In this document: positions 51,517 to 61,360 of the stretch, piece by piece | Layout: the number at the start of each line of letters is the position of its first letter | Numbering within the stretch: the stretch's first letter is position 1 | Assembly (NCBI GenBank): GCA_002352345.1 | Contig: DEIG01000014.1 | Coordinates: forward strand, 33-64,032 | Direction: 5' to 3' | From: Methylococcaceae bacterium UBA2780 | GTDB taxonomy: Bacteria; Pseudomonadota; Gammaproteobacteria; Methylococcales; UBA2780 | Length of the DNA stretch: 64,000 bases | Translations under genes and position numbers: made by a program | The notes under the pieces: model-generated | Databases searched by the model: none | The model's input: only the letters and a program-made list of their open reading frames with translations | Told to the model about the DNA's origin: nothing

Positions 51517-52383
51517 TCAGCGATTCTCAAACCCCGATGTTCTGATCAATATTCTATCCAACAGGCCAACCGGTAAAATTCGCCGTAAAAAGGCAAACAG
51601 GTAGGTGGGGAATGTTACGTAATAGCGAGCTTTAGGATGTTCACTTTCCAACGCGTGAATCACTCGTTTTAAAACGGCTTCTGGCCCCAGCGTGAAAGGC
51701 GCCTCCCCTTCTTCTGAGGCAAGCCGCTTTTCAACCGAGTGATACAGCTGCTGATGTGGGCTATTTTCACTATCAATATTTTTCTGGAAAGCGGCGAAGG
51801 CATTCGCACGGAAGCGGCTGGTAATCGGCCCAGGTTCAATCAGTGAGACCATGATACCGCTCCCTTTTAACTCCATCCTTAGCGTGTCCGTTAGCCCTTC
51901 AAGAGCAAACTTGCTTGCATTGTAAGCGCCGCGAAACTTAAGTGTAATCAAGCCTAAAACCGAACTGTTTTGGATAATCCGCCCCTCTCCCTGTGCTCGC
52001 ATAACAGGCAGAACCAAACAGGTTAATTCGTGCGTTCCCAAGAGATTAATTTCAAACTGCTCACGCAGAACCTCACGACTCAAATCTTCAACCGCTCCCG
52101 GCTGTCCATAGGCACCATTATTAAACAGTGCGAATAGCTTCCCACCCGTCCGCTCAAGCAGCTCTGTTACAGCAAATTGAATTGAGTTTGAATCAGCAAG
52201 GTCTAGGCGCAGACTTTCCAAACCTTCCGCATTGAGTCGGTCAACATCTTTTTGTTGTCTCGCCGTTGCAAAAACGCGGTAACCACCCCGTTTTGCCAAC
52301 TCTTTTGCAACGCTATAACCAATTCCACTTGAACAACCTGTAATAAGAACAGCCTTCTTATTTTTTTCATCACATACATTCAA
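51517..52383 (-). CDS. Short-chain dehydrogenase/reductase
   Basis: TGCSSGIG, NNGA, YNASK. Confidence 0.9.
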   Translation of the reverse strand: MNVCDEKNKKAVLITGCSSGIGYSVAKELAKRGGYRVFATARQQKDVDRLNAEGLESLRLDLADSNSIQFAVTELLERTGGKLFALFNNGAYGQPGAVEDLSREVLREQFEINLLGTHELTCLVLPVMRAQGEGRIIQNSSVLGLITLKFRGAYNASKFALEGLTDTLRMELKGSGIMVSLIEPGPITSRFRANAFAAFQKNIDSENSPHQQLYHSVEKRLASEEGEAPFTLGPEAVLKRVIHALESEHPKARYYVTFPTYLFAFLRRILPVGLLDRILIRTSGFENR

Positions 52384-53225
52384 CTTGAAGCCCTCTCAAC
52401 TAGAGCCCTGTAGCCGGGATAAGAACCTTTTGTCATACAGTATTTCTGAGCTGTTTTGCCCCATTTTTGATCTGCTTTGCAATTTTCAACAAAGCGATCC
52501 GAATCAGGTATTCTACTACCGCCAACCAAATCAACTCCCAGTTCAAACAGTGCGTCAGGCAGAAAGCCAGCCGTTGGCCCAATCACAGCAATTTGCGCCT
52601 TTGGGGAGCATTTTCCCAATAAAAATTCGATTGAGCTATTGAGTAGGGTCGTTGCGGTACAGATCACTTTATTGCATTCAAAAAGCCGATCTGGGTCAAG
52701 TGTCACCTCGAACCGCTCCTCAACCGTAACCAGCTCTTCTTTAAGTTCGAGCACTATCAACGGGATTGAGCGGTCTCGCAACCGCTGCACTAATGGAGGA
52801 AAAAAACCGACCATCCCTACTTGATCTTCTGCACTAAACTCAATTTCATCCAGCGCATTAGTTGTGAAATCAAGTTCATAACCAGAGCGGCTAAAGATGA
52901 ATTGGCTAATTGCATTAAAAGCCCCCATCGCCAGCGCTTGATCAATCTCACTGCCACTATCGAATCCAGCTAGTGCAACATCCGCAGGACTCTTGCCAAC
53001 AAGCCGCTCGGCAATCTCTTTTGATTGAATAGCTTCGAACGTATTTGATAACAACAGATAGACTAGCCCAACACTTCCATCCTCAAGCGTCATCACACCA
53101 AACTCACCATTTTTGGATTCTGCCGCTTCTGGCGGCGGGATATACAACGACTTAATAGGAGGTAACGCTACACTTGCTGCAATGTGCTCGATCATCGACC
53201 GATGCCTAGATGCAATTGTTACCAT
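52380..53225 (-). CDS. DUF364-like Rossmann-fold protein
   Basis: GAFNAISQ, VGMVGFFPP, TATTLLN, IGPTA, GVDLVGG. Confidence 0.7.
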   Translation of the reverse strand: MVTIASRHRSMIEHIAASVALPPIKSLYIPPPEAAESKNGEFGVMTLEDGSVGLVYLLLSNTFEAIQSKEIAERLVGKSPADVALAGFDSGSEIDQALAMGAFNAISQFIFSRSGYELDFTTNALDEIEFSAEDQVGMVGFFPPLVQRLRDRSIPLIVLELKEELVTVEERFEVTLDPDRLFECNKVICTATTLLNSSIEFLLGKCSPKAQIAVIGPTAGFLPDALFELGVDLVGGSRIPDSDRFVENCKADQKWGKTAQKYCMTKGSYPGYRALVERASS

Positions 53226-53415
53226 CTATATAACCCCTTACTGAATAAAAAAGAAGAAACTATACCAAAAGGCCACCAGCCTTGACGATTTAGACCGTCC
53301 CAGCACAAACCTCTTTTGAGTGGATAAAAAAATAGATCCGCTTAATTCAGCTTTATACCCTGCTCGAGCAAACAGGTTAAACTCTAGGCTTGCATGACAA
53401 AAGTACAATACTATT

Positions 53416-54075
53416 TTGCACAGAACCCTGTTTAAAATGCTTCGATGGCTAATTACGGTCGGCACTCTATCGCTGGTGTTTTTACTGTTAGCTACCCCTT
53501 TTTATACCTACAGCCAATTTAACGCTGAAGAGGCGATTGCCGAGATTGAATTCGATAAACTTTCCGAACAAAGCTACTTGGCGCACCTTTCAACCGGAAA
53601 CCTTTGCGTTACACATAGCTACCCAATCCAAGGAGATCAGTGGCAGCTTGATGCGCAATTTATAAAATGGAATGGCCCAGCGGTGATGCTCGGCTTTAAA
53701 TCGCAGTACCAGCTCGACCGGCTAAATGGACGATATGCAGACATTCAGCAGCAGAACAGCACAAATAACAGCGCTATCGATCTATCTCCAAAGTTACTTG
53801 TAACCCTCTTTCCTTCCGGCAGGGCAGATGACAACGAAGGGTTATTGATTGATACATTGTATGGCTCTTCGGTCTATATGAGTATGGATGAGACAAAGCG
53901 TTATCGCATCTATAAAACCGAAGATGCATTGATTGTTCGCAGTGAAGAGCGGGCTATCCCCGCAAGTGACGATGGCATACTAACGATTTCAATAACAAAA
54001 GCGTGTGAAACAAAACCCAGCACGCTAAATCGCTTTTCAAAGCAGATTAACCGCTGGGTTTTGGAGCGTCTTTAG
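53416..54075 (+). CDS. Hypothetical membrane-anchored protein
   Basis: N-terminal TM, GDQWQLDAQFIKW, LDRLNGRY, YGSSVY. Confidence 0.6.
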   Translation: MHRTLFKMLRWLITVGTLSLVFLLLATPFYTYSQFNAEEAIAEIEFDKLSEQSYLAHLSTGNLCVTHSYPIQGDQWQLDAQFIKWNGPAVMLGFKSQYQLDRLNGRYADIQQQNSTNNSAIDLSPKLLVTLFPSGRADDNEGLLIDTLYGSSVYMSMDETKRYRIYKTEDALIVRSEERAIPASDDGILTISITKACETKPSTLNRFSKQINRWVLERL

Positions 54076-54078
54076 GGG

Positions 54079-54267
54079 ATGAACTTAGAAGCATCCCTCA
54101 TCCAATGCCCCTATTGCTGGGAACAAATCGAAGTTCTGGTTGATCCTTCTGCCGCATCTCAAGACTACATAGAAGACTGCTCTGTCTGCTGCAGACCCAT
54201 TCGACTTAAAGTGAATATTGATGACGACGATGAGATTCAAATTGAGTCGCTTAGCCAAGATGATTAA
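54079..54267 (+). CDS. CPXCG-motif cysteine-rich protein
   Basis: CPYCW...YIEDCSVCCRPI. Confidence 0.85.
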   Translation: MNLEASLIQCPYCWEQIEVLVDPSAASQDYIEDCSVCCRPIRLKVNIDDDDEIQIESLSQDD

Positions 54268-54286
54268 ACAATGGCAAACCACCTGT

Positions 54287-54315
54287 TTGCAACGCCTGAT
54301 AACGTAATATATAGT
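54287..54315 (+). promoter_or_regulatory. Putative sigma70 promoter of leuA leader
   Basis: TTGCAA-17 nt-TATAGT. Confidence 0.6.
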
Positions 54316-54334
54316 TCTGTTCCTAGGCATTCTT

Positions 54335-54427
54335 ATGAAAATAGAAAAACAGATCAATTCAGACACCACAATAGCTATCACACAGCCGTTTTTGTCTGCG
54401 CCTGCCTGCCTGAAACTACTGCCCTGA
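54335..54427 (+). promoter_or_regulatory. Candidate leuA leader peptide (30 aa, ends CLKLLP)
   Basis: Short ORF just after the promoter with CTG-AAA-CTA-CTG near the stop. TGCCC/GGGCA hairpin overlaps the stop. Confidence 0.4.
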
Positions 54428-54516
54428 TGGGCAATCAATCAACAACACCTCCTTCATTCTAGTTTTCCGTTTTATTTTTCAGACAATTGTCTGAACGACC
54501 GATTGAGAGTTTTATC

Positions 54517-56064
54517 ATGTCAAAAGAAAAATTAATCATTTTTGATACCACCTTGCGTGATGGCGAGCAAAGCCCTGGCGCATCGATGACAAAAGAAGAA
54601 AAGCTTCGTATCGCCAAAGCGCTCGAAAAAATGCGTGTTGACGTGATCGAAGCGGGCTACCCTGCCGCCAGCGAGGGTGATTTTGATTCTGTACAGAGCA
54701 TCGCTCGCACAGTAACCGAAAGCACTATCTGTGGGCTATCACGCGTAGTCAATCACGATATTGACCGTGCAGGAGAGGCCATCAAGCCGGCTAAACGCGG
54801 ACGCATCCACACATTTATTGCCACCTCCCCTATTCACATGAAAGTGAAATTGGGTATGAGCCCTGATGAAGTAGTCGAGGCCGCCGTACGCGGTGTTAAA
54901 CGCGCGCGCCAATATACCGATGATGTAGAGTTTTCACCCGAAGATGCCGGCCGCTCCGAGATCGATTTTCTCTGCCGCATCCTTGAAGCAGTCATTGATG
55001 CAGGCGCGACGACCCTTAATATCCCCGATACCGTTGGCTACAACTTGCCACACCAGTATGCAGAAACAATCCGTAGTCTGATCGAGCGCGTCCCCAATTC
55101 GGATAAAGCGATCTTTTCAACACACTGCCATAATGACCTCGGCATGGCCGTTGCCAACTCTTTGGCTGCCGTCCTAACCGGTGCTCGCCAGATTGAATGC
55201 ACCATTAACGGACTAGGTGAACGAGCGGGCAATGCTGCACTAGAAGAGGTGGTGATGGCCGTTCGTACTCGCCAGGATCTATTTCCTTGCGATACCGACA
55301 TTGATGCCACACAAATTACAGCCACATCAAGATTAGTCTCGGGCATTACCGGCTTTCCTATCCAGCCCAATAAAGCGATTGTTGGCGCGAATGCCTTTGC
55401 GCATGAGTCTGGCATTCACCAAGATGGCGTTTTAAAAAGCCGTGAAACATATGAAATTATGCTGGCTGAGGATGTTGGGTTAACTTCAAACCGCATCGTT
55501 CTGGGCAAACTTTCTGGCCGCAGCGCATTACGTTCTCGCTATGAAGAGCTCGGCACAAAGATTGAATCGGATGAGGAATTCAACGAGGTTTTTCGTCGTT
55601 TTAAAGCATTAGCCGATAAAAAACATGAGATTTATGACGAAGACCTTCAAGCACTTTTAACCGAAGCGAACCAAGAATCAACGGAAGAGTCGATCCAGCT
55701 TGTTAGGCTTAATGCCTCATCTGGGATTGGAAAAACCCCACATGCTGAAATCACGCTCATTGTTAATGATGAAGAGAAAAGCGGTGCTGCCGATGGCGGT
55801 GGCTCTGTTGATGCCACTTTCAAAGCGATTGAATCAATCGAGAGCAGCGGCAGCGAATTATTGCTCTACTCAGTCAATAACGTGACTGAAGGGACTGACT
55901 CTTTAGGTGAAGTGATTGTTCGATTGGAAAAAGGCGGGCGCATCGTCAATGGCCAAGGCTCTGATACCGATATTGTTATCGCCTCTGCAAAAGCCTATAT
56001 CAACGCGATGAATAAACTGTCGAGTGGTTCTGATAGCGTTAACCCTCAAGCAATCAATGTTTGA
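54517..56064 (+). CDS. leuA: 2-isopropylmalate synthase
   Basis: [32 protein letters not shown], regulatory domain present. ATG at 54517. Confidence 0.96.
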   Translation: MSKEKLIIFDTTLRDGEQSPGASMTKEEKLRIAKALEKMRVDVIEAGYPAASEGDFDSVQSIARTVTESTICGLSRVVNHDIDRAGEAIKPAKRGRIHTFIATSPIHMKVKLGMSPDEVVEAAVRGVKRARQYTDDVEFSPEDAGRSEIDFLCRILEAVIDAGATTLNIPDTVGYNLPHQYAETIRSLIERVPNSDKAIFSTHCHNDLGMAVANSLAAVLTGARQIECTINGLGERAGNAALEEVVMAVRTRQDLFPCDTDIDATQITATSRLVSGITGFPIQPNKAIVGANAFAHESGIHQDGVLKSRETYEIMLAEDVGLTSNRIVLGKLSGRSALRSRYEELGTKIESDEEFNEVFRRFKALADKKHEIYDEDLQALLTEANQESTEESIQLVRLNASSGIGKTPHAEITLIVNDEEKSGAADGGGSVDATFKAIESIESSGSELLLYSVNNVTEGTDSLGEVIVRLEKGGRIVNGQGSDTDIVIASAKAYINAMNKLSSGSDSVNPQAINV

Positions 56065-56069
56065 TCACC

Positions 56070-56105
56070 CTCACTCCATCGCCTAGAAATAGGCGGTGGA
56101 GTGAG
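56070..56105. other. 16-bp stem-loop with GAAA loop after leuA, no U-tract
   Basis: CTCACTCCATCGCCTA-GAAA-TAGGCGGTGGAGTGAG. Confidence 0.6.
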
Positions 56106-56130
56106 CTGCTTCCACGCTCGCGAGAACAAC

Positions 56131-56682
56131 ATGTCTTTACCTGAACCAAGCCCCAGAAAAAAGCTCCACACTCGAACCATTACCTGTAACGGTTTTTTAC
56201 GAGAGGATGGGCTTTGGGAAGTAGAAGGCCACCTTCTCGACACTAAAACGTATACATTTGAGAATCGCTGGCGCGGATCAATCAGGCCGGGCACTCCAAT
56301 CCATGGTATGTATCTTAGACTGACAACCGATGACCAACTGGTCGTAAAAGATTGTGTTGCGGTTATCGAATTCTCACCTTTTGCCAACTGCGAATCGATC
56401 ACTGAACGATATGAAGGGCTAATCGGTAAGCAGATCAAGCCGGGCTGGACACGCGTGGTCAAAAATCTGCTTGCCGGTACAAAAGGCTGCACCCATATGA
56501 CCGAATTGTTAGGACCTATTTCAACAACGCTTTTTCAAACGATGGCAACACTGAAAAAGGACATCGCACCAGAGCGTCCTGTATCCAAACCTTTTTATCT
56601 AAACGGCTGCCATATGTGGGCGCAAGATGGAGAGCAGGTTCTAGCTTTTCACCCTGAACACTACACTGGTAAAAAAGGCTAA
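56131..56682 (+). CDS. DUF2889 family protein
   Basis: HTRTI, REDGLWEVEG, GTKGCTHMTEL, GCH. ATG at 56131. Confidence 0.8.
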   Translation: MSLPEPSPRKKLHTRTITCNGFLREDGLWEVEGHLLDTKTYTFENRWRGSIRPGTPIHGMYLRLTTDDQLVVKDCVAVIEFSPFANCESITERYEGLIGKQIKPGWTRVVKNLLAGTKGCTHMTELLGPISTTLFQTMATLKKDIAPERPVSKPFYLNGCHMWAQDGEQVLAFHPEHYTGKKG

Positions 56683-57341
56683 TCCCGCCCTCTCTTAAGC
56701 AGTACTAAAATAGCCAGCCCTTGCCGGCCAACAATATAAGCTACTGCGGCAAGCCACAAAAACATCGCCAAACCATAACCAGCTCTAAGAAGGCTGTTGA
56801 TGAAATCGACACTAAAACCCATCGCATCAGGGTTGTCTGCTGGCAAAAATAGAAAAGGGATAAAGGTTGCCAGAATAAGAGCTGACTTTAATTTACAACT
56901 AAACTGCCTATCGCCAAAATTAATTCTAGCGTGTAGCCAAGCAGCCCCACCCACAATCGTATAAGCTGGATACAAAATAAGGTAGGTAATCAACCGTGCA
57001 GGCATAATCTCATCTCGAGAGTGCGCCAACTGATACCAAGATGCATCTTGGTGCGCCAGAAACCCTCCTCCCACATACACAAAGAAAATCAGTACCAACA
57101 TCCACACAAGCATCACTATGTGGTGTTTAATTTCATCTACAGTACGACTTGGTGCAGCAGCTTTCTTTCTTGAGCGAAGAGCCCAACTAAAAACAGCGCT
57201 CCCTACAACAAGGTACGCCGCAATGATTATTCCTATTTCAAACAGTCCGATGGCTTCCACGCTGACTCTATGCAAAAAAACTGGCTCTATTTCCAGAAAC
57301 GAAACCGAATAATACGAAATTTCACCCGCTAAACCTATCAC
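56679..57341 (-). CDS. Divergent PmoC/AmoC-like membrane protein lacking most copper ligands
   Basis: LVW...YVGGGFLAHQDASWYQ...MPARLI...YPAYTIVGGAA aligns without gaps to recalled PmoC LVW...YWGASYFTEQDGTWHQ...TPSHII...YPIYIITGFAA. Start may be GTG 57260. Confidence 0.7.
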   Translation of the reverse strand: MIGLAGEISYYSVSFLEIEPVFLHRVSVEAIGLFEIGIIIAAYLVVGSAVFSWALRSRKKAAAPSRTVDEIKHHIVMLVWMLVLIFFVYVGGGFLAHQDASWYQLAHSRDEIMPARLITYLILYPAYTIVGGAAWLHARINFGDRQFSCKLKSALILATFIPFLFLPADNPDAMGFSVDFINSLLRAGYGLAMFLWLAAVAYIVGRQGLAILVLLKRGRD

Positions 57342-57345
57342 CCAT

Positions 57346-57381
57346 AAAAAAACCTGCTCAATAGTATTGGCAGGTTCTTTT
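57346..57381 (-). terminator. Intrinsic terminator downstream of the RRM gene
   Basis: AACCTGC...GCAGGTT stem followed by a T-run on the minus strand. Confidence 0.7.
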
Positions 57382-57456
57382 CGAATCTAGTGCAGTAAAA
57401 ATGTAAGGTACTTAAGCTCCTTAAGTAAATCCTCTCTACATTTTTAGATAATCACC

Positions 57457-57723
57457 TTAGCGGCGACCTCTACGGCCTTTTGCACGAGGTTCTTCAAATT
57501 TTACGTTAAGAGTTTTTCCCTCATACGTTTTGCCATCTAAACCGGCAATTGCAGCGCGTGCTTCGTGGCCTTCCATTCCAACGAAACCGAATCCTTTACA
57601 GGCACCCGAAAATAGATCTTTTACAAGCTCAAGGGAGCGCACTTTGCCAAATTCTGAAAATAGTGCTTCCAGTGACTCTTCGGTGGTGGAGGCTGGTAGA
57701 CCTCCTACAAATACTCTCTTCAT
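57457..57723 (-). CDS. RRM (RNP-1) RNA-binding protein
   Basis: RNP2 VFVGGL, RNP1 KGFGFVGM, Arg/Gly tail, AGGAG RBS. Confidence 0.9.
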   Translation of the reverse strand: MKRVFVGGLPASTTEESLEALFSEFGKVRSLELVKDLFSGACKGFGFVGMEGHEARAAIAGLDGKTYEGKTLNVKFEEPRAKGRRGRR

Positions 57724-57751
57724 TTTGGCGCTCCTATTCTCGTATAAACAA

Positions 57752-57813
57752 TAAACCCCGCCCAGTTAGGCGGGGTTTACTCAACAGGTTCTCGCTAATT
57801 AGCGAGAACCTGT
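57752..57813. repeat. Two tandem hairpins between the csp and RRM genes, including a perfect 30-bp palindrome
   Basis: TAAACCCCGCC/GGCGGGGTTTA (57752-57779) and ACAGGTTCTCGCTAATTAGCGAGAACCTGT (57784-57813). Confidence 0.8.
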
Positions 57814-57821
57814 AATCTGGC

Positions 57822-58022
57822 TTAAGCTTGGACGTTAGTAGCCTGAGGTCCTTTAGGACCGTCTTCTACGTCAAAGCTTACCTGACTGCCTTCAGCCAAA
57901 GTGCGAAATCCATCGCTAGCAATTGCAGAAAAGTGAACGAAAACATCTTTGCTGCCATCGTCTGGAGTGATAAAGCCGAAACCTTTAGATTCGTTGAACC
58001 ATTTAACGGTACCTGTTGCCAT
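57822..58022 (-). CDS. Cold-shock protein (CspA family)
   Basis: [22 protein letters not shown]. Confidence 0.96.
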   Translation of the reverse strand: MATGTVKWFNESKGFGFITPDDGSKDVFVHFSAIASDGFRTLAEGSQVSFDVEDGPKGPQATNVQA

Positions 58023-58374
58023 GATAATTACCTCATAAAGACAAAAATTAAAAAAATATAAAGTGTTACAAATCGTACGAGGAAACTAACAGGAGAAAAA
58101 CTTAAAAAGAACTTCTGATGACAAGAACCAGGGTAGAAATTGTAGCGGGGCTATTCTAACTCATTCCACACACTAAAAGCGACCAAAACAGCCATACCCA
58201 TTTCTATAGCAATTCAGGTATAATGCACTGCATCATTTTACTGCACCTCGGTCTGCAGCTGTTTTCAAAGCGTTAATCCTTCTGGATTAAATTCGAGAAC
58301 CCTATATAACCTTCCGCCTAGACCGACCCAAAGCATTATATTGGGTAGGCCGATCTTTTGAGATAATCCAAAAT

Positions 58375-59733
58375 ATGTCTTTTGAATCCCTCGGCTTGAA
58401 TGCCGAATTACTCCGTGCTGTTTCCGAAAAAGGCTACACCACGCCTAGTCCTATTCAGCAACAAGCAATCCCATACGTTCTTGAAGGACGCGATATTATG
58501 GGTGCTGCACAAACAGGCACCGGTAAAACAGCCGGTTTCACACTTCCTTTATTGCAACGCCTCATTTCAGAACAGCCCGCAAAAGGTCAACGGCCTGTTC
58601 GCGCGCTTATTCTTACACCAACAAGAGAGCTTGCCGCTCAAGTGGGTGAAAGTGTTAAAGAATACGGCAAGCACCTGCCTCTAAAATCAGCAGTAATTTT
58701 TGGTGGAGTAAAAATTAACCCACAGATCGAAAAACTCCGTCGAGGTGTCGATATTCTGATCGCCACACCGGGCAGACTTCTCGATCATGTTGGCCAGAAA
58801 ACGGTCAACCTCTCTAAAGTTGACATCTTGGTGCTTGATGAAGCCGACAGAATGCTTGATATGGGCTTTATCCATGATATCCGTAAAGTTCTGGCGATTG
58901 TGCCCAAGCACAAACAGACCTTGCTCTTCTCTGCCACCTTTTCAAAAGATATTAAACAGCTCGCTAATGGCCTACTTAATTCACCGGCACTTGTTGAGGT
59001 TGCTCAACAGAACACCGCCTCTGAAATGGTCACACAGCTAGTCCACCCCGTTGATAAAAGCCGCAAACGTGAGCTGCTTTCTCTTCTCGTAGGCTCAAAC
59101 AACTGGAAACAGGTACTTGTTTTTACCCGCACAAAACATGGTGCAAACCGCCTGACTGAACAGTTGATAACCGATGGCATCACCGCTGCTGCGATTCATG
59201 GCAACAAAAGCCAAGCAGCTCGAACCAAAGCGCTTGCAGGTTTTAAAGCCAATGATATTCGTGTTTTGGTCGCCACTGACATTGCTGCTAGAGGTTTGGA
59301 TATTGACCAGCTCCCTCACGTCGTAAACTTTGAGCTCCCCAATGTTCCTGAAGATTACGTTCACCGCATTGGTCGTACTGGCCGCGCTGGTCGCGAGGGT
59401 GAAGCGATGTCATTGGTTTGCGTTGATGAGCTGAAACTGCTCAGAGATATTGAACGACTGATTAAACGGGAGATTCCCAAAGAGGTTGTAGAGGGTTTTG
59501 AGGTTGATCCCACCATCAAGGCTGAGCCGATTCAAAATGGACGCGGGCGTGGCCGCCAGCAAAAACCCTCCAGAAAACCGGCTGGAAAACGGGGGCCATC
59601 AAATAGCTCGAGTGCACGGCGCCCTTCTGCAAAAAGCCGCTCTAACAATGGTGGCAACGGCGATACAAATGGCAATCAAAAGAGACCCCAGCAGCAACAA
59701 CGTCGTACGCAAGTTCGCTCAGGCAATCGTTAA
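58375..59733 (+). CDS. rhlE: DEAD-box RNA helicase (RhlE-like)
   Basis: [29 protein letters not shown], basic tail. Confidence 0.88.
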   Translation: MSFESLGLNAELLRAVSEKGYTTPSPIQQQAIPYVLEGRDIMGAAQTGTGKTAGFTLPLLQRLISEQPAKGQRPVRALILTPTRELAAQVGESVKEYGKHLPLKSAVIFGGVKINPQIEKLRRGVDILIATPGRLLDHVGQKTVNLSKVDILVLDEADRMLDMGFIHDIRKVLAIVPKHKQTLLFSATFSKDIKQLANGLLNSPALVEVAQQNTASEMVTQLVHPVDKSRKRELLSLLVGSNNWKQVLVFTRTKHGANRLTEQLITDGITAAAIHGNKSQAARTKALAGFKANDIRVLVATDIAARGLDIDQLPHVVNFELPNVPEDYVHRIGRTGRAGREGEAMSLVCVDELKLLRDIERLIKREIPKEVVEGFEVDPTIKAEPIQNGRGRGRQQKPSRKPAGKRGPSNSSSARRPSAKSRSNNGGNGDTNGNQKRPQQQQRRTQVRSGNR

Positions 59734-59770
59734 ATATCCCGACACAAACAAATATAGCTAGAAGAAAACC

Positions 59771-61360
59771 ATGTTATCTACCGCAAATATCACCATGCAG
59801 TTTGGGGCAAAACCCCTCTTTGAAAATGTCTCTGTTAAGTTTGGCAACGGTAACCGCTACGGTTTAATCGGTGCAAATGGTTGTGGAAAATCAACCTTTA
59901 TGAAGATTCTTGGCAGCGACCTTGAATCCACTTCAGGAAATGTCTCTAAAGATACCGACGAGCGAATTGGCAAACTAAAACAGGATCAATTTGCTTACGA
60001 AGAGTATACCGTTCTCGATACCGTTATCATGGGCCACGAAGAGCTATGGGCGATTAAATCAGAGCGTGATGCTATTTATGCCAATCCTGAAATGACAGAA
60101 GCAGATGGCATCAGAGCGGGTGAGCTAGAAGCTGAGTTTGCTGAAATGGATGGCTACAGCGCTGAGTCTCGCGCTGGCGAGCTGCTATTAGGTCTGGATA
60201 TTCCCACAGAGCAGCATTACGGCCCGATGAGCAATGTTGCGCCGGGCTGGAAATTGAGAGTTCTACTAGCACAGGCGCTTTTTGCTGAGCCAGAAATCAT
60301 GCTTCTCGATGAGCCTACCAACAACCTCGACATCAATACGATTCGCTGGCTTGAAGGGGTCTTAACTAGACGCAATTGCACCATGATCATCATTTCGCAT
60401 GACCGCCATTTTCTCAATAGTGTCTGCACCCACATGGCCGATTTAGATTACGGTGAGATCCGCATCTATCCCGGCAACTATGATGAATATATGACCGCCT
60501 CTACACAGGTCAGCGAACAGTTATCCTCTGATAATGCCAAGAAAAAAGCACAAATAGCTGAATTGAAAGCTTTTGTAAGCCGTTTTTCTGCAAATGCCTC
60601 AAAATCTAAACAGGCGACCTCTCGTGCAAAGCAGATCGACAAGATCCAACTTGCCGAGGTAAAACCATCCAGCCGGAAAAGCCCATTTATCCGTTTTGAA
60701 GAGGCGAAGAAGCTCTTTCGTGTAGCCGTAGAAATAGAAGAGCTGAGCAAATCATTTGATAAACCTCTTTTCAAAGACTTTACGCTCTCTGTTACAGCAG
60801 GTGAACGAATCGCCATTATCGGTCCTAACGGAATAGGTAAAACAACGCTACTAAGATGTTTGGCCGGGGATTTAGAACCCGATTCAGGCAGTGTTAAATG
60901 GTCAGAAAATGCCTCACTCGGCTATTACGCGCAGGATCACGCCGCCGATTTTGCGGAAGAGATAAACCTATACGACTGGATTCAACAGTGGCGTAAACCA
61001 AGCGATGATGAGCAGGTGATTCGCGGAACCTTGGGAAGACTGTTGTTTAAACAGGACGACATTAAAAAATCGGTCAAAATCATCTCTGGAGGTGAAAAAG
61101 GGCGAATGCTTTTCGGCAAGCTAATGCTTCGCCAAAACAATGTTCTTTTGATGGATGAGCCGACAAACCACATGGACATGGAGTCGATTGAGTCTCTAAA
61201 CCTAGCCTTGGAAAACTACCCTGGCACGCTGATTTTTGTCAGTCACGACCGCGAATTCGTCTCCTCCCTTGCAACACGAATTATTGATATGGAAGCTGAA
61301 GGAATCGTTGATTTTCGTGGCAACTACGAAGAATATTTACGCTCGCAGGATGTTGTCTAA
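59771..61360 (+). CDS. ybiT: ABC-F family ATPase (YbiT-like)
   Basis: [31 protein letters not shown], two ABC cassettes. Confidence 0.88.
   Translation: MLSTANITMQFGAKPLFENVSVKFGNGNRYGLIGANGCGKSTFMKILGSDLESTSGNVSKDTDERIGKLKQDQFAYEEYTVLDTVIMGHEELWAIKSERDAIYANPEMTEADGIRAGELEAEFAEMDGYSAESRAGELLLGLDIPTEQHYGPMSNVAPGWKLRVLLAQALFAEPEIMLLDEPTNNLDINTIRWLEGVLTRRNCTMIIISHDRHFLNSVCTHMADLDYGEIRIYPGNYDEYMTASTQVSEQLSSDNAKKKAQIAELKAFVSRFSANASKSKQATSRAKQIDKIQLAEVKPSSRKSPFIRFEEAKKLFRVAVEIEELSKSFDKPLFKDFTLSVTAGERIAIIGPNGIGKTTLLRCLAGDLEPDSGSVKWSENASLGYYAQDHAADFAEEINLYDWIQQWRKPSDDEQVIRGTLGRLLFKQDDIKKSVKIISGGEKGRMLFGKLMLRQNNVLLMDEPTNHMDMESIESLNLALENYPGTLIFVSHDREFVSSLATRIIDMEAEGIVDFRGNYEEYLRSQDVV

Noticed and set aside
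54271-54462. 63-aa ORF upstream of leuA
   Set aside because: It spans the predicted promoter and has no recognisable features. The shorter leader ORF in another frame fits better.
56679-57341. Functional pMMO/AMO operon
   Set aside because: No pmoA/pmoB neighbours and most copper ligands are substituted, so no gene symbol was assigned.
61236-61349. N-terminal extension of the HI0933-family ORF (similarly ispE, prmC, JAB, mreD, leuA, DUF2889)
   Set aside because: Longest-ORF artefacts. Homology starts at downstream start codons.
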